In this document: positions 44,747-53,970 of the stretch, piece after piece
Position numbering within the stretch: position 1 is the first letter of the stretch
Layout of the letters: each line of letters begins with the position of its first letter
IMG/VR virus record: IMGVR_UViG_3300023171_000016
Span: 1 to 53,970 of that record
Source: a virus
Lineage: Duplodnaviria; Caudoviricetes
Strand: one strand, 5' to 3'
Length of the DNA stretch: 53,970 bases
The notes under the pieces: generated by a model
What the model was told of the DNA's origin: nothing
The model's database searches: none
Seen by the model: the letters and a program-made list of their open reading frames with translations, nothing else
Made by a program: the position numbers and the translations under genes

Positions 44747-45419
44747 ATTGCTTAAGCCAGTTTTTAAGTGTTATAAATGCAGATTTGTATTTTTTGGTAA
44801 GTGAGTTATTGTTGTGCATCTTTTCGCACATGTCAGTCATTTGCCGTTTCCTATAACCCATATCCCGTATCTCAAAGTATTGTTCAGTTGTGAACGGCTC
44901 ACACATAGAGAATAGCGAAGGGGTGTTTTTCTCTATCCAATTTTGAAACAAATCGAATTCTTTTTTTTGTTCCTCAGAAAATACTATTACGTTAGTAATA
45001 GTATTATTTCCTTTCTTTTCTTTTCCTTTCTTTTCTTTTATAGCATTGCCATCGCTATGCGTTCGCATTGCGTTCGCATCTTCCCACCTCGTTTTGGCTG
45101 ATTTTGAAGCTTTTAGAGATTTTTCATTTCTTAATTCTAAGCGTTTTCTTACACTATTGCTCCAAAATTCATTTTCGTCTTTTTTGAACAAATCGAAGTC
45201 ATTTATTACGCACATTATTTTACTAATATCTACCCTTAGCGTAAAGCAATAGGTGGGTATTTCGGCCAACTTCAACGCGCCGCCCTGAGTATACATAAGC
45301 TCTACTAAATCCCAAAAAATACCTTTCCCCTCATGTCCCATAGACATTTGCAACTTCACCATTTTCGGGTCTTGCCCTGCATTATAATCATGAGAAAACC
45401 AGTAAGATTTTTCGGACAT
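44730..45419 (-). CDS. DUF4373-like replication initiator
   Basis: YWFSHDYNA..DPK..KL....G.EG.G.FW; directly upstream of dnaB. Confidence 0.75.
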   Translation of the reverse strand: MSEKSYWFSHDYNAGQDPKMVKLQMSMGHEGKGIFWDLVELMYTQGGALKLAEIPTYCFTLRVDISKIMCVINDFDLFKKDENEFWSNSVRKRLELRNEKSLKASKSAKTRWEDANAMRTHSDGNAIKEKKGKEKKGNNTITNVIVFSEEQKKEFDLFQNWIEKNTPSLFSMCEPFTTEQYFEIRDMGYRKRQMTDMCEKMHNNNSLTKKYKSAFITLKNWLKQYGTPQ

Positions 45420-46253
45420 TTATATTCTTATTAAGGGGTAATTTGAAGCGGGTGTAAGCGGCCCAAAATCGTCTTTATAAACTATATAGGCACCTGTTAC
45501 GGGCCTCCTGTCGCCTTTGGACTGCATGATGTGCCGGATAAGGTTTATGTATAGTGTCAACTGATCATCGTCTAAGGCAAATAGTTTAGCGTCTATTATT
45601 CTAACCTCTGCTTTATTGCTGCAAATGAAGTCTGGAAAACAAATACTACGTGCGCTGCCGGATAGTTTATACTCAATGCACTGTTGAGGTATCACAATAT
45701 CCCAAATTCCACGAAGATATACAAGGGCTTCGGCCTCCTGTTTTAATGAATTTATCTTTGCCTTTTCATACCCATTATAGAGTGTTTCGGTAGGGGTAAA
45801 GCCATATTCTAACCTTAAATCCTTTCTTCCTGTGCCTTTAATGAACTCCCATAACGGCTTATACTTTATCTGCTTAATAAGCCCACACGCCTTTAGCACG
45901 TAGGCTAAAACATCACGTGGCACCTGTACCCGTGGCTTTATTACCGGTTCCTTTCCGCTGAATGACATATGTTTGCCTTTTATGGTCTTGTAGTTCTCGC
46001 AGCCCCAAAAACCATAACTGGAAACATAATTAAGTTTACCGCCACAAAACGCACACTGCTTTTCCCTGAAACACCTTATTTTTTCTTCAACCTCTTTAAA
46101 GTTCTGTATTTCTTCAATCTTCAATTCGTGCGCCAACTCATCTTAAGCGTTCAATATAGCATCACCATGCGCTATTATCGTGAAATGGCTCTGCTCGTCA
46201 AATGGTGTTTTAAATTCCGGAGTTGGGGAAAGTTTGGCAAAATCTATTTTCAT
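45420..46253 (-). pseudogene. Zn-ribbon plus PD-(D/E)xK nuclease-like gene with an in-frame TAA at 46143-46145 (or a short form starting at TTG 46136)
   Basis: ATG 46253 is in frame with the 238-aa ORF; CAFCGG..FWGCENY and PDF.....IIDAK motifs. Confidence 0.55.
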
Positions 46254-46409
46254 AAATTAATAAAGCCCACATGGGATTGACGGGTAGAAGCGGCTCAAGC
46301 TCTGCTGTGTTGCCTCCGTCAGCCCCATGTGGGCGTAAAATGTTGTTGATTATTCAGGCTTCTACCTCTGAATTACTGGACTGCGAATATACTAATAAAT
46401 CGCTGAAAA

Positions 46410-47882
46410 TCAAACTAATTTATTCGTGTAAAATACTTTTTCTCCGACCTTTGCGCGGTGGTGTTCGGCCCATCCCAACTTATAGCCCTTAGCCATGCCG
46501 AATATAGTCAAAAATTCAGGGTCGGATATGCTCCGAGCCTTAGCAACCCTGATAGCAAAGTTCAATTTGTCGTTTTCCTTTGACCATTTAGCAAGCTCTA
46601 TCGCAGTTAGTTCACTTAGTTTCTTGCCGTATTTCGGTTTTTCCAACATCACAGTCCTAACCCCATCCAGTTGCTCAACCGCCTGCTTAACAAATACATG
46701 ACCACAGTTCGGACACTCCATAGCAGTAGGCCGTAGCATATAGTTACATTTCGGGCATATCTTCACCGGAGCAACCCCTTCGCGCTTCTTTGGTATCTTG
46801 TTCCACATTTCGGCCCACGGGTGATTATAGTCCCACCTGCCGTGCCGCTTGCCGTTGCCGCCAAAGTCAACAACACGAAAACCGGTTTTACCGGTAGCTG
46901 TTGACATGCGCGAACCACGGCCAATAGATTGCAGATAACGCGGTAGTGATGTAGTAGCCATGTACAGAAAAATTAGGTCTACCGGTGGAAAGTCATAACC
47001 CTTGTTCATGCTGGCTACTGATATGCAGATAGTAACCGGCGAACCCAAATCGTGGAACTGTCCAAGGTCGTAGGATTGTTTCGCCTCACTGCGAATGTCG
47101 TAACGGCTGTGCTGCACACAGTTTGCGCGACCCTGTTCGCTAAGGTATGCCGCCAATGATTCAGCGGATTTTATCGAGGCGCAAAAAATCATGCAGCGTT
47201 TATAGGGTGATTCATCTAAGTACTGCAATGCAAACCTGTGCGCGTCCGGTGTGTCAAAAATACGTTCCTGTGATTCTTCCGTAAAGTCACCATTGCTGCC
47301 TATTTTCAGCGTGCTAATGCCGGATGGTATTACCTGCGCGTGGGTGTATGGCATTAGTCGGCCATTGTCTACCAACCATTCGGGCTGTGAGCCTACAGTA
47401 ATGCCGTTGTAAAGTAGTGGCAGGTGCTTGGCCCACTTCATTGCAGGCGTGGCCGTAAATCCAATAAGCAGTGATTGCGGTAACTGTAGCAATAGCTTGG
47501 TCGCTGTACCTATGTGAGCTTCGTCATTGATAGTTAGTAGACCTTCGCCCATCATTGAGAACTGGCTTATTAGTTTTGGCCTCCGTGCCAGTGTTTGCGC
47601 CATTGCTATGTACAACCGTCCCGGCTGAATGTATGTAAGCTTTGCGGTGCTGTTGATATTCACGCCCCCCGGTATTTCCGCGTCCAGTTGCCTGTATATT
47701 TTGTCGGATTCAGTAACCACCAACACTGTGCGCTTTTGCAGTGCATTCAGGGCTATCGTTATAAACACCTTCGACTTACCGAAACCAGTGGCGGCACACG
47801 CTATCTCGCGCTTACGTGCCGCCACTCCCTCGGCGATGTTTTTGTAAAATTCCTTTTGGTCTGGGTAAAGTTGAATACTCAT
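46410..47882 (-). CDS. SF2 (DEAH) helicase with C-terminal Zn ribbon
   Basis: ATGFGKS, DEAH, GFTATP, QSIGRGSR, CPKC...CPNCG. Confidence 0.9.
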   Translation of the reverse strand: MSIQLYPDQKEFYKNIAEGVAARKREIACAATGFGKSKVFITIALNALQKRTVLVVTESDKIYRQLDAEIPGGVNINSTAKLTYIQPGRLYIAMAQTLARRPKLISQFSMMGEGLLTINDEAHIGTATKLLLQLPQSLLIGFTATPAMKWAKHLPLLYNGITVGSQPEWLVDNGRLMPYTHAQVIPSGISTLKIGSNGDFTEESQERIFDTPDAHRFALQYLDESPYKRCMIFCASIKSAESLAAYLSEQGRANCVQHSRYDIRSEAKQSYDLGQFHDLGSPVTICISVASMNKGYDFPPVDLIFLYMATTSLPRYLQSIGRGSRMSTATGKTGFRVVDFGGNGKRHGRWDYNHPWAEMWNKIPKKREGVAPVKICPKCNYMLRPTAMECPNCGHVFVKQAVEQLDGVRTVMLEKPKYGKKLSELTAIELAKWSKENDKLNFAIRVAKARSISDPEFLTIFGMAKGYKLGWAEHHRAKVGEKVFYTNKLV

Positions 47883-48526
47883 GATATAGTTTCGTTTTCG
47901 CGTTCTGGTTCAGGCTCCCATGCAGCCGAAAATTCTTTATCAGAGAATAATTCTACAAGTCCGCTTATCTGCGATAGCCTTAATACTTCGTCAGCGTCCA
48001 TGCCTAATTCTTTGCTTATTTTTTCCGGTGACCAGTTTCGGCGTTTAAGGTCAACCACAATTTCAGACATGCTATCAACCTTATGTTTCCCGCGCGCCCT
48101 GTTGTGGCGTATTGTAGACGCTATTCTGTCGCCTTTACCGGTCTGGCTTTCCCGTATGGTCACCACCGGAAGATAGCCATGTATTCTGGCAGTTATATCG
48201 GGGCAATCCTTGCCAACTATATTACGGTGAAACCCGTCTATAACCTCCCTATTACCGTCACCGTCCGGCATTGTAACAATCGGCTGCGTGTAACCGTCAT
48301 TGGATATACTTACCCTTAGCAACTCCTTTTCTGGTGGGGCAACGCTGTTGGGGTTGTAGTCATTGGCGTACACGCTGTTGTTGATGACCCATAGCACGCA
48401 GTCTACCGGCTCCGTTTTGAACGGGCTTACTTCGTGAATGAGTAGGCGAAGTTCATTTATTGCATTTACCTTTTCAGCTAATGGCAGTTCAGCCAGCGAC
48501 GCTATGTAGTCTTTAATTTCCGTCAT
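47879..48526 (-). CDS. IbrB/YbdM-like ParB-Srx domain protein
   Basis: ANDYNPNSVAPPE..LL..SI..DGYTQPIV, IDGFHR, STIRHNRARGKH. Confidence 0.88.
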   Translation of the reverse strand: MTEIKDYIASLAELPLAEKVNAINELRLLIHEVSPFKTEPVDCVLWVINNSVYANDYNPNSVAPPEKELLRVSISNDGYTQPIVTMPDGDGNREVIDGFHRNIVGKDCPDITARIHGYLPVVTIRESQTGKGDRIASTIRHNRARGKHKVDSMSEIVVDLKRRNWSPEKISKELGMDADEVLRLSQISGLVELFSDKEFSAAWEPEPERENETIS

Positions 48527-49733
48527 AAAAATTGTCTTTTAGTCTGCGTGATTTTTTTAAGCCTAAGTACCGTTGATAAGCCGCTGTTTTCTGTTGTGTG
48601 AACCCTAAACCCTTGCACCAAAAATCGTTCCTTAATAGGGACTTGCATATTCTGCGCCACGATGGGGCAAGTTTTTTGCTTTCCAGAATATAGGGAGCTT
48701 CGTCCGGTATTCCGTCAGGGTAGCCCCGTTCGCGCCACCACTCAATGAACGTGTATATTTTATTCAGGTAGTGCTGTTTTGTTACGTCCGGTATGCTGTT
48801 AAGGAATAATCCGGCGAAACTATTCCATGTATGGTTAGGCGGCAGTTTTACGCGGTTGTAGCCGTTTATAGAACCACTTTCGTTAATGTACAGCGCGCCG
48901 CTGTTTGCGCCATTTACACGCGCTACGACCTTCGCCCATGTTTCAGGTTCTATGAGGTGAAACAGCCACAGGCCGCGCCGCTGGTCATCGCCGTAGGGCT
49001 GGCATATCCGCTGCTGGTGTATAGATAGCCCAGCCTTGTGCATCAGTTCGTATAGCTGGTTATATCTGTCTGTTGGGTGTTTGCTGTGGTATATCCAAAT
49101 GTCCTCCGTGGTCATATCGTATATGGGGTAGACGTTGAATACATTAGGGGTTACCAGAGTTGTGTAACACCGGCCCTGTATCGTAACTTTGTCCTTGCTG
49201 GCTATAGTCCGGTAGCGGTTCAGGCTTTCATCTGTCCTTATGCCTACCAGACACGCGCACGATTGACCTTGTGAATACCATTCGCCAAACTCAGGTACAA
49301 ACTCTTCAAACTCCATACCATCACGAAAGAACGGGAAAAATGACGGGTCACTTATTGCCTTTTCAGGTATTGGCCTTATCCAATTTTCTTTTTGTTCAGC
49401 ATCCCAACACTTCCAAAAGGGCTCATACACGCTTACTGCATTTCTCAGGTGAATAGGCAGGCACACCCAATACAACTCTATGTTATCCGCATACTGTTCT
49501 ATGCAGGCGTGAAGGTGGTCTATTGTGAATTTATATTGCCCTTCGAGGTCTACAATTAGCACGCCAACTTTTGCGCTGCGCTTCACTGCTTCTTTCATCA
49601 CTATATGCAGCATTACCGTACTATCCTTACCCCCGCTGAACGAAATATACACCCGCTTAAATGTGTCGAATACCCATTGTGTGCGCTGTACAGCCGCTTC
49701 ATAAACATTGACATCTAATCTGTACTTTGGCAT
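48513..49733 (-). CDS. IbrA/YbdN-like PAPS-reductase-family (DUF3440) protein
   Basis: SFSGGKDS PP-loop, GIRTDESLNR, PIYD...DIW, QRICQPYG. Confidence 0.88.
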   Translation of the reverse strand: MPKYRLDVNVYEAAVQRTQWVFDTFKRVYISFSGGKDSTVMLHIVMKEAVKRSAKVGVLIVDLEGQYKFTIDHLHACIEQYADNIELYWVCLPIHLRNAVSVYEPFWKCWDAEQKENWIRPIPEKAISDPSFFPFFRDGMEFEEFVPEFGEWYSQGQSCACLVGIRTDESLNRYRTIASKDKVTIQGRCYTTLVTPNVFNVYPIYDMTTEDIWIYHSKHPTDRYNQLYELMHKAGLSIHQQRICQPYGDDQRRGLWLFHLIEPETWAKVVARVNGANSGALYINESGSINGYNRVKLPPNHTWNSFAGLFLNSIPDVTKQHYLNKIYTFIEWWRERGYPDGIPDEAPYILESKKLAPSWRRICKSLLRNDFWCKGLGFTQQKTAAYQRYLGLKKSRRLKDNFYDGN

Positions 49734-50098
49734 TCTGTTTGTGCGTTAATCCATGATTGCAATATTACGTCTGCTATGCTGTCTGCTTCGTTCTGCTGTG
49801 GTTTGGTGAGCAGTGACCACGCCTCCATAGTTACGGTACTTGGAACACCTGCATACAGGCAACATGCAGCCTGACCCAAGTAAGCTATGCGATTTAGTGA
49901 GGGGTTGCTAAGGTTATGCTCACAGGAATATCGCCATTCGTCAACTACTTTTTGCATGTATTCTTTTGTCTTATCCGGTTGCGAAAACATTTCTATAACG
50001 GATCGTAGTTTTTGTTCTTTTTCGCTTCCTGACATGTTGTCGTAAAATCCGTGCTGGTGGTCTTCCCATAGGTGCCACGGGTGGTATATTCGCGTCAT
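49715..50098 (-). CDS. hypothetical protein coupled to the IbrA-like gene
   Basis: MTRIYHPWHLWED...SCEHNL.N...NRIAYLGQAACC. Confidence 0.7.
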   Translation of the reverse strand: MTRIYHPWHLWEDHQHGFYDNMSGSEKEQKLRSVIEMFSQPDKTKEYMQKVVDEWRYSCEHNLSNPSLNRIAYLGQAACCLYAGVPSTVTMEAWSLLTKPQQNEADSIADVILQSWINAQTECQSTD

Positions 50099-50415
50099 TG
50101 CTCCGCCACCTCCTGAGCGTATTTTTCTACACTTGAGCGTTGTTCGTCTGTCATTTCCGACATTAGTGTGAACACGGAGCCGTACACCATAAAATCGCGC
50201 TTCCAGTCGTCGGCCCATAGTTTCCGGTCTTCCGGTGTAACGTCCTTTATAAAGAACTTTTCAAACAACGTAAACCGTTTAAAAAACTCTTTCATAGCCT
50301 GCTTTATGCCAAATTGAATACCCCCGCACCCTAATAGGTAGTCTTTGTATTGTTCAGCGCATTTCAGTAGCGCGAACATGGCGTATACTTGCTTTGCTTC
50401 TTTTTTGTGTATCAT
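50095..50415 (-). CDS. hypothetical protein
   Basis: 106 aa, coupled. Confidence 0.7.
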   Translation of the reverse strand: MIHKKEAKQVYAMFALLKCAEQYKDYLLGCGGIQFGIKQAMKEFFKRFTLFEKFFIKDVTPEDRKLWADDWKRDFMVYGSVFTLMSEMTDEQRSSVEKYAQEVAEQ

Positions 50416-50424
50416 GTGGTTAAT

Positions 50425-51012
50425 TTAAGCTGTCCCGAATTTCAATATTTGTTCCGCCATCCAGTCCGGCGCGGTCGGTGTTTTCCTGTCACTAAAAAAT
50501 ATATCGTCACTTTTTGCGCAATAGATAAGCAGGTATGATTTAGGGACGTTGGCACATGAACGCTCAATGTAACACTGATTATCGTACCCCATGTATTCAA
50601 TGTGCTTTTCGGCATCCTTGCTTTTAATCCCGCATACCTTCATTTCTACAGTGGCGATACGTGGCAGAACGAAGTCTACCAGTGACTTTACATGTATGGT
50701 GAACCCTGAATATTCAGCGGTCGCCGTTACGCCTACCTGCTTCTTTAATTGGTACAGGTACGGCATCTTATCGAGCATGTACATAGCTATGCGTTTTGCC
50801 TGCTGGAAACTGGCTGAATTTGGCGGGAAAGACTTACCACCAGTGATTATAGCATCTACCATAGAACCTAGTCGCATTTTAGGCGTTTCATCTATCGTGG
50901 GCATGACCCCGTTTATATTGTACTTAAAGAAACTGTTGGAGTAGCCGGGGCTTGAAAGGTATTGCCCGAACTCCATTTCAGGCAATACCTTGTGATTAGT
51001 GAATGTTATCAT
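50425..51012 (-). CDS. PD-(D/E)xK exonuclease-like (RecE/ExoVIII-like) protein
   Basis: MRLGSMVD, KSLVDF....VEMK, GYDNQCYI; next to the RecT-like gene. Confidence 0.6.
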   Translation of the reverse strand: MITFTNHKVLPEMEFGQYLSSPGYSNSFFKYNINGVMPTIDETPKMRLGSMVDAIITGGKSFPPNSASFQQAKRIAMYMLDKMPYLYQLKKQVGVTATAEYSGFTIHVKSLVDFVLPRIATVEMKVCGIKSKDAEKHIEYMGYDNQCYIERSCANVPKSYLLIYCAKSDDIFFSDRKTPTAPDWMAEQILKFGTA

Positions 51013-52082
51013 AGCCTGTCTTCTTTTTTGAACGTGATACCCGTTATGGTTAGGTCGTTATCTTCACTTTTCAGGCGCGCCAGCACATCAGCCATTTGTG
51101 ATATTTTCACATTGAAAACTGATTTTGTGCGCAGCTTATCCCATCCTTTCAGGGTTATAAACGCGCTCATTATAGCGAGGCCGGTGGCGGCGGTGTCGTC
51201 CATATCCAATACATACACTTCTTTCAGTGACTTATGTGCCAGTTCTACGCGCTCTACTGCATGCCCCTGCATTGTAGCAGATATGTTTTGCATATTCTTT
51301 TCGTCTGCAATATCCTGTGCCGTGGTCTGCTTTTCGTAGGTCGCCTGTGCCACTGATTCCGCGCTGAACTTTTTATCGTTCGCGAAGCTGGAAAATTTCA
51401 GCGTCAGTAGCTTGTGGTACATGTCTACGTAGCTATCGGGATTGTGCGCGCCGAATATTTCCGTAATTATTGCCAGTTTTTCGGGGTCGCTATCCTTCAT
51501 TTCCGGCAACATGAAGTCTTTAGCCTGTAGTGCCAGTTTCATTTTATCCATTACAGCGGGTTCTATGCTGGTGCAGGTAGGCGATTCAATAGCGCGGATA
51601 TACAGGTCTGCTACGCGGTCATTGATTAGCTGCTGGCACTTGCTTTGCAGCTCATTGTATTCCTGTAGTGCCATTGTTTTAAATGAAGCTAAGGCGTTAA
51701 TGCGTGCCTGCTTTGCGTTGGCCTCCGCCTGTGCCTGTTGCTTTAGTGGCAGCAGTGCCGCGCCGTATGCTTCTATGTGTGCTTTAACGGACTTTTCAGC
51801 GGTCATCTGTCGTTCTTTCCATGCGTCAGTAACGGCGGTTATTTTTTGGCGTTGCACCGAAATTTCCTGTTGTCCGCGCTTTAGTCCAGCCAACACTAAT
51901 TCATACTCTGCTATCAGCTCTATTGATGTTGGTAATGGGGTGGCGGCTATAGCGGTCGCAGCTTCGTGATTTAGCTGCACCTCTGTTAGCGCGGCATTAT
52001 ATCCGAACGCCTGCCAGCCTGTAGCCTTTTTTGTGGCATCCGGTATGGCCGCCTGTTGTATTACTGTGAGTTCCTGTGACAT
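51009..52082 (-). CDS. helical hypothetical protein of the recombination module
   Basis: 357 aa, coiled coil, C-terminal ITGITF. Confidence 0.7.
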   Translation of the reverse strand: MSQELTVIQQAAIPDATKKATGWQAFGYNAALTEVQLNHEAATAIAATPLPTSIELIAEYELVLAGLKRGQQEISVQRQKITAVTDAWKERQMTAEKSVKAHIEAYGAALLPLKQQAQAEANAKQARINALASFKTMALQEYNELQSKCQQLINDRVADLYIRAIESPTCTSIEPAVMDKMKLALQAKDFMLPEMKDSDPEKLAIITEIFGAHNPDSYVDMYHKLLTLKFSSFANDKKFSAESVAQATYEKQTTAQDIADEKNMQNISATMQGHAVERVELAHKSLKEVYVLDMDDTAATGLAIMSAFITLKGWDKLRTKSVFNVKISQMADVLARLKSEDNDLTITGITFKKEDRL

Positions 52083-52297
52083 TATTGGTTTGGTTGTGGG
52101 TGTGAGAAAATTCCTTTGATTTTGCTATTGTAATAGCCGCCTACGCTGTCTGCCTGCTTCATTTCCATGTACGTGCTGAACGGTACATCTACATACACAT
52201 ACTGCCTGTTATTTTTGAATGATACTGTCAGCGTGTTATCTATCCATGCGACACGGGCAATCATGCTGCTATTCGTTACTTCGTGTTCGTGGTTCAT
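52082..52297 (-). CDS. KTSC domain protein
   Basis: SSMIARV.W....LTVSF....QYVY.DVP.......A.SVGGYYN..IKG. Confidence 0.85.
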   Translation of the reverse strand: MNHEHEVTNSSMIARVAWIDNTLTVSFKNNRQYVYVDVPFSTYMEMKQADSVGGYYNSKIKGIFSHPQPNQ

Positions 52298-53124
52298 AGG
52301 TCATTCGCTGTTATCGCATCCGGCGGTGAAACAATAAATGAAGGCGAGTATGTGCCGGTCATTTCTTCTGCCTCTGTAAATTCTTCTTCCGGTTCGTTGG
52401 TCACGCGCTTTTCGGTAGGTATGGACACATTAAGCATCACCTTAGCATTCGGGTTTGTGCCGAGCTTTTCGAGCGAGTGGCGCAGTGCCTTGGCTATAGC
52501 AAATTCAGGGTCTATGCTGCCGTTGTGGCTACGGTACAGTTCGTTTGCATGGTTCAGGGTGTTGGCATCCGGCTGTGGCTTTGTGCTGTGCTGTGCGTTC
52601 CATGTACGTGCATTCTTTTTGTGGCTGGCAGTCATCCACTTTTTGAAGTACACAGTATCATATTCGATTGTTTCCCACCGTGGTGAAGGCACAGACGGGC
52701 GCAATAGCTTTACTGTAACCTTTATGCACTGTCCTTTTTCATTGTACGAAACCGATGGGCGTTCGTGGTCTAATATCGTTCCGCACTGATAGGCTACCGA
52801 CAATGCACCATTAGCAGTTAAAGGGGCTTCAAGTACCTTTACATAGCTATTTCCCTGCTTCACGCTGCCCGGTATAAGGTACATCAGCTTTGCATCGGGG
52901 TCTAAGGTGAGGTTTAGCTTTATGGCCCTGCGAACGGCTATCAGTATGCTTTGCGGTGCGCATTGCAGAATAGCGGGGGTTTTAAATCCATGTTCTTCTA
53001 CATACTGTATTTCCTGCAGTACCATTGTTTCAATGTCAGTACCGGGGCGGGCGTTCAGGCCCATCAATGCCTTTAGCGTAGGCAGGTTGTTCGTTAGTAT
53101 CTGTATTCCTGTTTCTGTGCTCAT
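52294..53124 (-). CDS. RecT-like ssDNA annealing protein
   Basis: QCAPQSIL.AV..A..LNL.LDP....MYLIP; AIAKALR. Confidence 0.7.
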   Translation of the reverse strand: MSTETGIQILTNNLPTLKALMGLNARPGTDIETMVLQEIQYVEEHGFKTPAILQCAPQSILIAVRRAIKLNLTLDPDAKLMYLIPGSVKQGNSYVKVLEAPLTANGALSVAYQCGTILDHERPSVSYNEKGQCIKVTVKLLRPSVPSPRWETIEYDTVYFKKWMTASHKKNARTWNAQHSTKPQPDANTLNHANELYRSHNGSIDPEFAIAKALRHSLEKLGTNPNAKVMLNVSIPTEKRVTNEPEEEFTEAEEMTGTYSPSFIVSPPDAITANDL

Positions 53125-53239
53125 TTTATACGTGTTTTAAGTGAGTGAATGTTTAGTATTATGCAAAACTTTATCAGCAGTTCATGCTTACGCTGCCGCC
53201 GTGTTTTGTTGGGTCGGGTGTAGTGGCGGATGTATAGGT

Positions 53240-53635
53240 TCATAGGTTCTGTGGGTTGTCGTGAATGTTGCCGATAACTTCTATTTGGTCTCTTCTAACA
53301 TCAAATGGTAAGCATGCAGGCAATTGGGACCTGAATTGCATATTTTTTGGCTGCCACTCACACACTGCAATAACATGTTCTTTCGTTATTTCTCCTTCTT
53401 CGTTCTTTTTGTACAGCTTTGCAATATCACCTTGATACACATTATTCCAATTCCTGTCCTCCACGCCCGTAAACTGCCCAACAGTATCGCCATCTACCTC
53501 ATGCCGGAATAGCGTTTTTTCAGAGCATATAAAGTGCTGGTTCAGTTCAGCATCGAAGTGGTAGTAGCCGGTTATCCATGGCTTTAGGTCTCCAGTAGAC
53601 CGGCCCCTACATAGTAGTTGTTGCTGTGGTTTCAT
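53240..53635 (-). CDS. YopX family protein
   Basis: RG...W..G, TVGQFTG..DRN...VYQGDI, EVIGNIHDNP. Confidence 0.85.
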   Translation of the reverse strand: MKPQQQLLCRGRSTGDLKPWITGYYHFDAELNQHFICSEKTLFRHEVDGDTVGQFTGVEDRNWNNVYQGDIAKLYKKNEEGEITKEHVIAVCEWQPKNMQFRSQLPACLPFDVRRDQIEVIGNIHDNPQNL

Positions 53636-53741
53636 TTGTCTGTGTTTTTAGTGTAAAAGATAATTTTTAGAAATACCACCGCTACCATCAGCACGGCGAT
53701 TATTATGGCGTGTTTTCCGAGTGTGTCGAGTTGTTGGGGTG

Positions 53742-53965
53742 TCATGGGGTAATCTGTTTTTTAAGGTTATCAATAGCTGTTTCCAGCCCTGTAAATACTT
53801 CATTGCTGCTGTTCCAAAGGTTGTGGGTGGGCCAGTCGAAGTGGTTAGTAAATAGGTACTCGAATTTAGTTGCAGATACGGCTACCAAGGTTACAGCGGC
53901 CCAAAAATGGCGTTCGTGCCAGTCGCTACTAAACCCCAAATGCACAGCCCCTAAATAAGCCTTTG
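53742..53965 (-). CDS. 3' part of the junction-spanning hypothetical protein (starts at 217)
   Basis: In frame with ATG 217 across the terminal repeat. Confidence 0.7.
53840..53965. repeat. Terminal direct repeat (right copy)
   Basis: Identical to 1-126; the last 5 bases of the window diverge. Confidence 0.95.
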
Positions 53966-53970
53966 GGGTT

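Noticed and set aside
45007-45040. Pyrimidine tandem repeat in the initiator gene as origin iterons
   Set aside because: It encodes the KEKKGKEKKG linker typical of these initiators; there is no independent support for an origin.
46143-46145. Genome-wide stop-codon reassignment
   Set aside because: This is a single case; the other genes are intact in code 11 and there is no suppressor tRNA.
1-53970. Integrase/repressor, reverse transcriptase (DGR/retron), DNA polymerase
   Set aside because: No recognisable motifs in any ORF. Lifestyle cannot be assigned firmly without profile searches.

Overview
The window is an apparently complete, circularly permuted ~53.8 kb tailed dsDNA phage genome. 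Bases 1-126 repeat at 53840-53965, and one ORF reads in frame across the junction. The host is inferred to be Bacteroidota, from TTTG-N19-20-TAnnTTTG promoters, A-rich leaders without Shine-Dalgarno sites and a DUF4373-like initiator. A + strand arm of small early genes runs from 1382 to 8506. The long - strand arm carries recombination genes (RecT-like, PD-(D/E)xK), an IbrA/IbrB-like pair, an SF2 helicase, initiator and DnaB, VRR-NUC, and TerS/TerL. It continues with a -1 frameshifted tail chaperone, a glycosyltransferase/methyltransferase insert, tape measure and tail genes, portal, scaffold and capsid, signal-peptide-bearing fibre proteins, holin-like genes, four tRNAs, small-RNA units, accessory genes and a CHAP endolysin. 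No integrase or repressor was recognised. Three observations stand out. (1) The tRNA-Trp/Lys/Phe/Tyr operon lies behind what looks like a ribosome-coupled attenuator whose 19-aa leader peptide (MNTTKHFSFSYWYGNVTKR) is enriched in exactly those four amino acids. (2) At least four genes have a hairpin directly after the stop codon whose loop is complementary to the gene's own translation-start region. (3) Fibre-like proteins carry Sec signal peptides and dense Bacteroidota D-S/T O-glycosylation sequons. All product calls come from motif recognition by eye; no database search was run.
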